Assembly: GCA_963693365.1 (NCBI GenBank)
Contig: CAVNZM010000018.1
Span: forward strand, 2,208,728 to 2,272,727
Source of the DNA: Amoebidium appalachense
Taxonomy: Eukaryota > Protista > Ichthyosporea
Reading direction: 5' to 3'
Length of the DNA stretch: 64,000 bases
The notes beneath the pieces are model-generated. The model was given only the letters and a program-made list of their open reading frames with translations, did no database searches and was not told the DNA's origin. The position numbers were made by a program, and so were the translations under genes. Positions 14,886-64,000 of the stretch are shown piece by piece. Each line of letters begins with the position of its first letter. The stretch's first letter is position 1.

Positions 14886-15288
14886 TGTACGGACACACAC
14901 ACACACACCCACACCGGTCCACACGCTCACACCCACACCCATATCCACACCCACCCACTCACCCACACACACAGCACACCAACCCACACATACGCAGCGT
15001 CACGTGCACATGATTCGAACACATAACACAGTTTATTATTATTATTATTATTATTATTTAATCACGTTTTGTTCCCGGAGGGCCTTTTCAGGCCCTCTAA
15101 GGAAACTACCGTCTACCACATAGCACCGACAGTACACTAGTTAAGGTGCTATCTATGAGTTTAGCCATCCTTCACAACCTAACTATAAGTACGCACTTTG
15201 CCCAGGGCTACTACCCAGCCACGCCGGCAGGAGGAACACACATAACACAGGCAATGTTTGTTTGCACGTGCACAGTCTGCTTGCGAGC

Positions 15289-15415
15289 TGGAGGGCAATA
15301 GCGATGAAGTTACCCACAACATGGGTTTTGGAGTCTTGATTGTTGATCGGGACGAAAATAAGAAACAGAGAGTGAAATCCCCCCCCCCCCCCCTCTCTCT
15401 CTCTCTCTTTCGCTC

Positions 15416-15457
<42 letters not shown>

Positions 15458-15719
15458 AGGCCTCCGTAGTTTCAAACAAGTCGTGTTGCTACGTCTTGGG
15501 GATATCTTTTCATGGGCATGCACTCAGAGGTTAATCTATTGGTTTAGTACTACACATTTTATTCAATCTTCGTCCCGATCAACAATCAACACTCCAAAAC
15601 CCATGTTGTGGGTAACTTCATCGCTATTGCCCTCCAACAGATGGCGCCAAAGAGTAACCAATCAATCACAAGATAAATGTGTTAAAAAGAAAAGCTGGCC
15701 GGAAAGCGGAAACATACAC
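15289..15719. repeat. 68-bp inverted repeat joined to an 85-bp direct copy of 14688-14772
   Basis: 15289-15356 versus 15569-15636 (1 mismatch seen); 15635-15719 equals 14688-14772. Confidence 0.9.
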
Positions 15720-16071
15720 TGTACCCGCGACAAATTAGATAAAGTTCTATGATGAAATACATGAAAATACACAGCACCCCGAAATGCAGGTGTGAATTCG
15801 AAAAGATAAGTCTCGTTGTAGATTCATACACGTTGCAATCAAAGCGTTATTTTCTGTTAGCAACAAGGCTTTCCTTGTAAAACCTAACAACCAACCTTTG
15901 CACACAACACTAACACTACATAGTAACCCAGATCATGAACAAGTAAAAAATCAAATCGAAAAATGTCACATACCCTACTGGGCGTTGTTAAACACTTCGA
16001 TATATATAAATGCGGCACGCAAGCATCAATCATTCAGGACACCAGCTATCTGTCTCCTCTTTCTTCTTTCT

Positions 16072-33190
<17,119 letters not shown>

Positions 33191-33494
33191 TATCGCTCCT
33201 GCTGACAAGACATTGACGCTCAAAGGAGGTTTAAATGCATTCAAAAAGGATAAATAATGAACTCGCACACTACTATTCTTTTACAGTATTTGTTATCAAA
33301 CTTCATCGTCTGCTTCTTGAGCGTCTTGCTCATCTCTCTGTGACGTGCGCTGGACATAAGGTCTCATCAGTTAAGAAAGAATGGCTTCTCACATAAACCA
33401 ACTAACCCAATTAAAGCACAGAAGGTTTATGTGTGGCTGTTCTGAGGGTGCGGGCATGGGGGCAGTTGCACGCTTGCCTCCAGCGGCAGAGGTG

Positions 33495-33560
33495 AAGGCG
33501 GGGGGAAGTTTCCCGCCAAAAAGCAATCATGACGTCACGCACCGTTCATTTATTGGCCAA
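33495..33560. promoter_or_regulatory. Divergent ligase/CLC promoter with E2F-like, CRE and CCAAT motifs
   Basis: TTTCCCGCCAAA at 33509-33520 (E2F consensus TTTSSCGC), TGACGTCA at 33530-33537 and ATTGG at ~33552, between head-to-head genes. Confidence 0.45.
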
Positions 33561-34051
33561 AAATGCACCGCTCTTAATAGACCCCATTATAGCGATTTTT
33601 ATGTCCAAATATAATTGTAATTTCACTTTCTTTTCTCCTGAGTTGATGAAACCCCACGATGACGCACCGCAAATGACCCGTATCAGTTTTGCCTATGTCC
33701 AAATCCTTCGTTTGGTTGTACTTCACTTTCGGTTTGATGCCTGACCACCTGTGAACGACAAAGGAAAAAGGAACGGGAAGCAACTATGAACTGAAAGGTT
33801 TTACTAGCACATGTAACTGGTGGCGGATAACCACATCTGCATGACACATCAGAAACGAACTAGGCGAGATAAGTGTGTGAATCGGTGAGATCCACATTCA
33901 AAGTCTACCCACACTCAAACACAATCATTCATTGATTTTCTTGTCCTTCCTCAACCGGAGACCATCACGCTTCTAGAAGTGGCAATGCTTTCCTTGTAGC
34001 CTACATCCATAAAGACCAACCCAGGGCCTCCTAGGACATAAAACGCGCATC

Positions 34052-54022
<19,971 letters not shown>

Positions 54023-54250
54023 GTATATCGTATTAACACCCCCTCCCCCCCCCCCCACACACACACACACACCCCACCCCACTCCTCTTCCTCCACCCAA
54101 AAGGACACACACACACACACACCACCACCACCACCACCCTTGCACGCACACACACAGACCTGCGGGGCGCTTGCACGTGTACACACCTACACCCACACAC
54201 ACACTCCGCTACCTTCACAGGTGTGCGCTGGCACACACACACACCAAGAG

Positions 54251-63660
<9,410 letters not shown>

Positions 63661-64000
63661 GAGGAGGGGGTGAATGGCCCTTATTCCCTCTTCTTTCCCC
63701 CCTTCCCCTCACCTTCGAAATAACTTTAAAGGGCTTTCTGTATTGACTTGGGCTTTAGGAGTTCCTTTTTTTGCTTCCTATGAAATAGACACATTAGCCT
63801 GTACATGTTCCCAGTGTATTAAACCAGCCTCTAGCAATCCGCTTTCCTTAGAAGAGAACGGGATTTGAATCTTACACCAGCTCAGAATACCGATCCGAGT
63901 GCCGGTATTCTGTAGTTTCCGTGTGGTTGGGTTTGTCGTATTCTAAACACACCGTGTTTTTGTGTGTGAATAGTCATCTATCGTATTCATGTGCACACTC

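Overview
Eukaryotic, intron-rich genomic DNA, saturated with poly-C/poly-G runs and (CA)n/(GA)n microsatellites. The organism is probably a unicellular opisthokont; this is inferred from protein similarity and E2F-type promoter motifs. Almost all ORFs in the supplied track are repeat artefacts. By splicing GT-AG exons by hand with phase checks I find four genes. (1) The 5' part of a minus-strand Lys/Glu-rich protein resembling a topoisomerase I N-terminus, running off the left edge. (2) Complete coatomer zeta (COPZ1, +, 7686-12403). (3) A complete 20-exon, ~859-aa ATP-dependent DNA ligase (-, 16072-33190), LIG4-related but without BRCT domains and resembling the uncharacterised fungal-type ligase subfamily. 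(4) A CLC-6/7-type Cl-/H+ exchanger (+, from ~34052), with a ~9.4 kb (GA)n tract in one intron, continuing past the right edge. The most unusual signals are intronic: recurrent partial copies ('echoes') of exon-intron junctions whose differences fall mostly at synonymous sites; two related ~134-bp elements sitting in poly-C tracts, always in host-sense orientation within genes and often ending near a branch-point-like CTAAY; many acceptors where (CA)n replaces the U-rich polypyrimidine tract; and a recent fold-back mosaic at 14.07-15.72 kb. Homopolymer and microsatellite lengths may be affected by sequencing or assembly error. All alignments and counts were done by eye.
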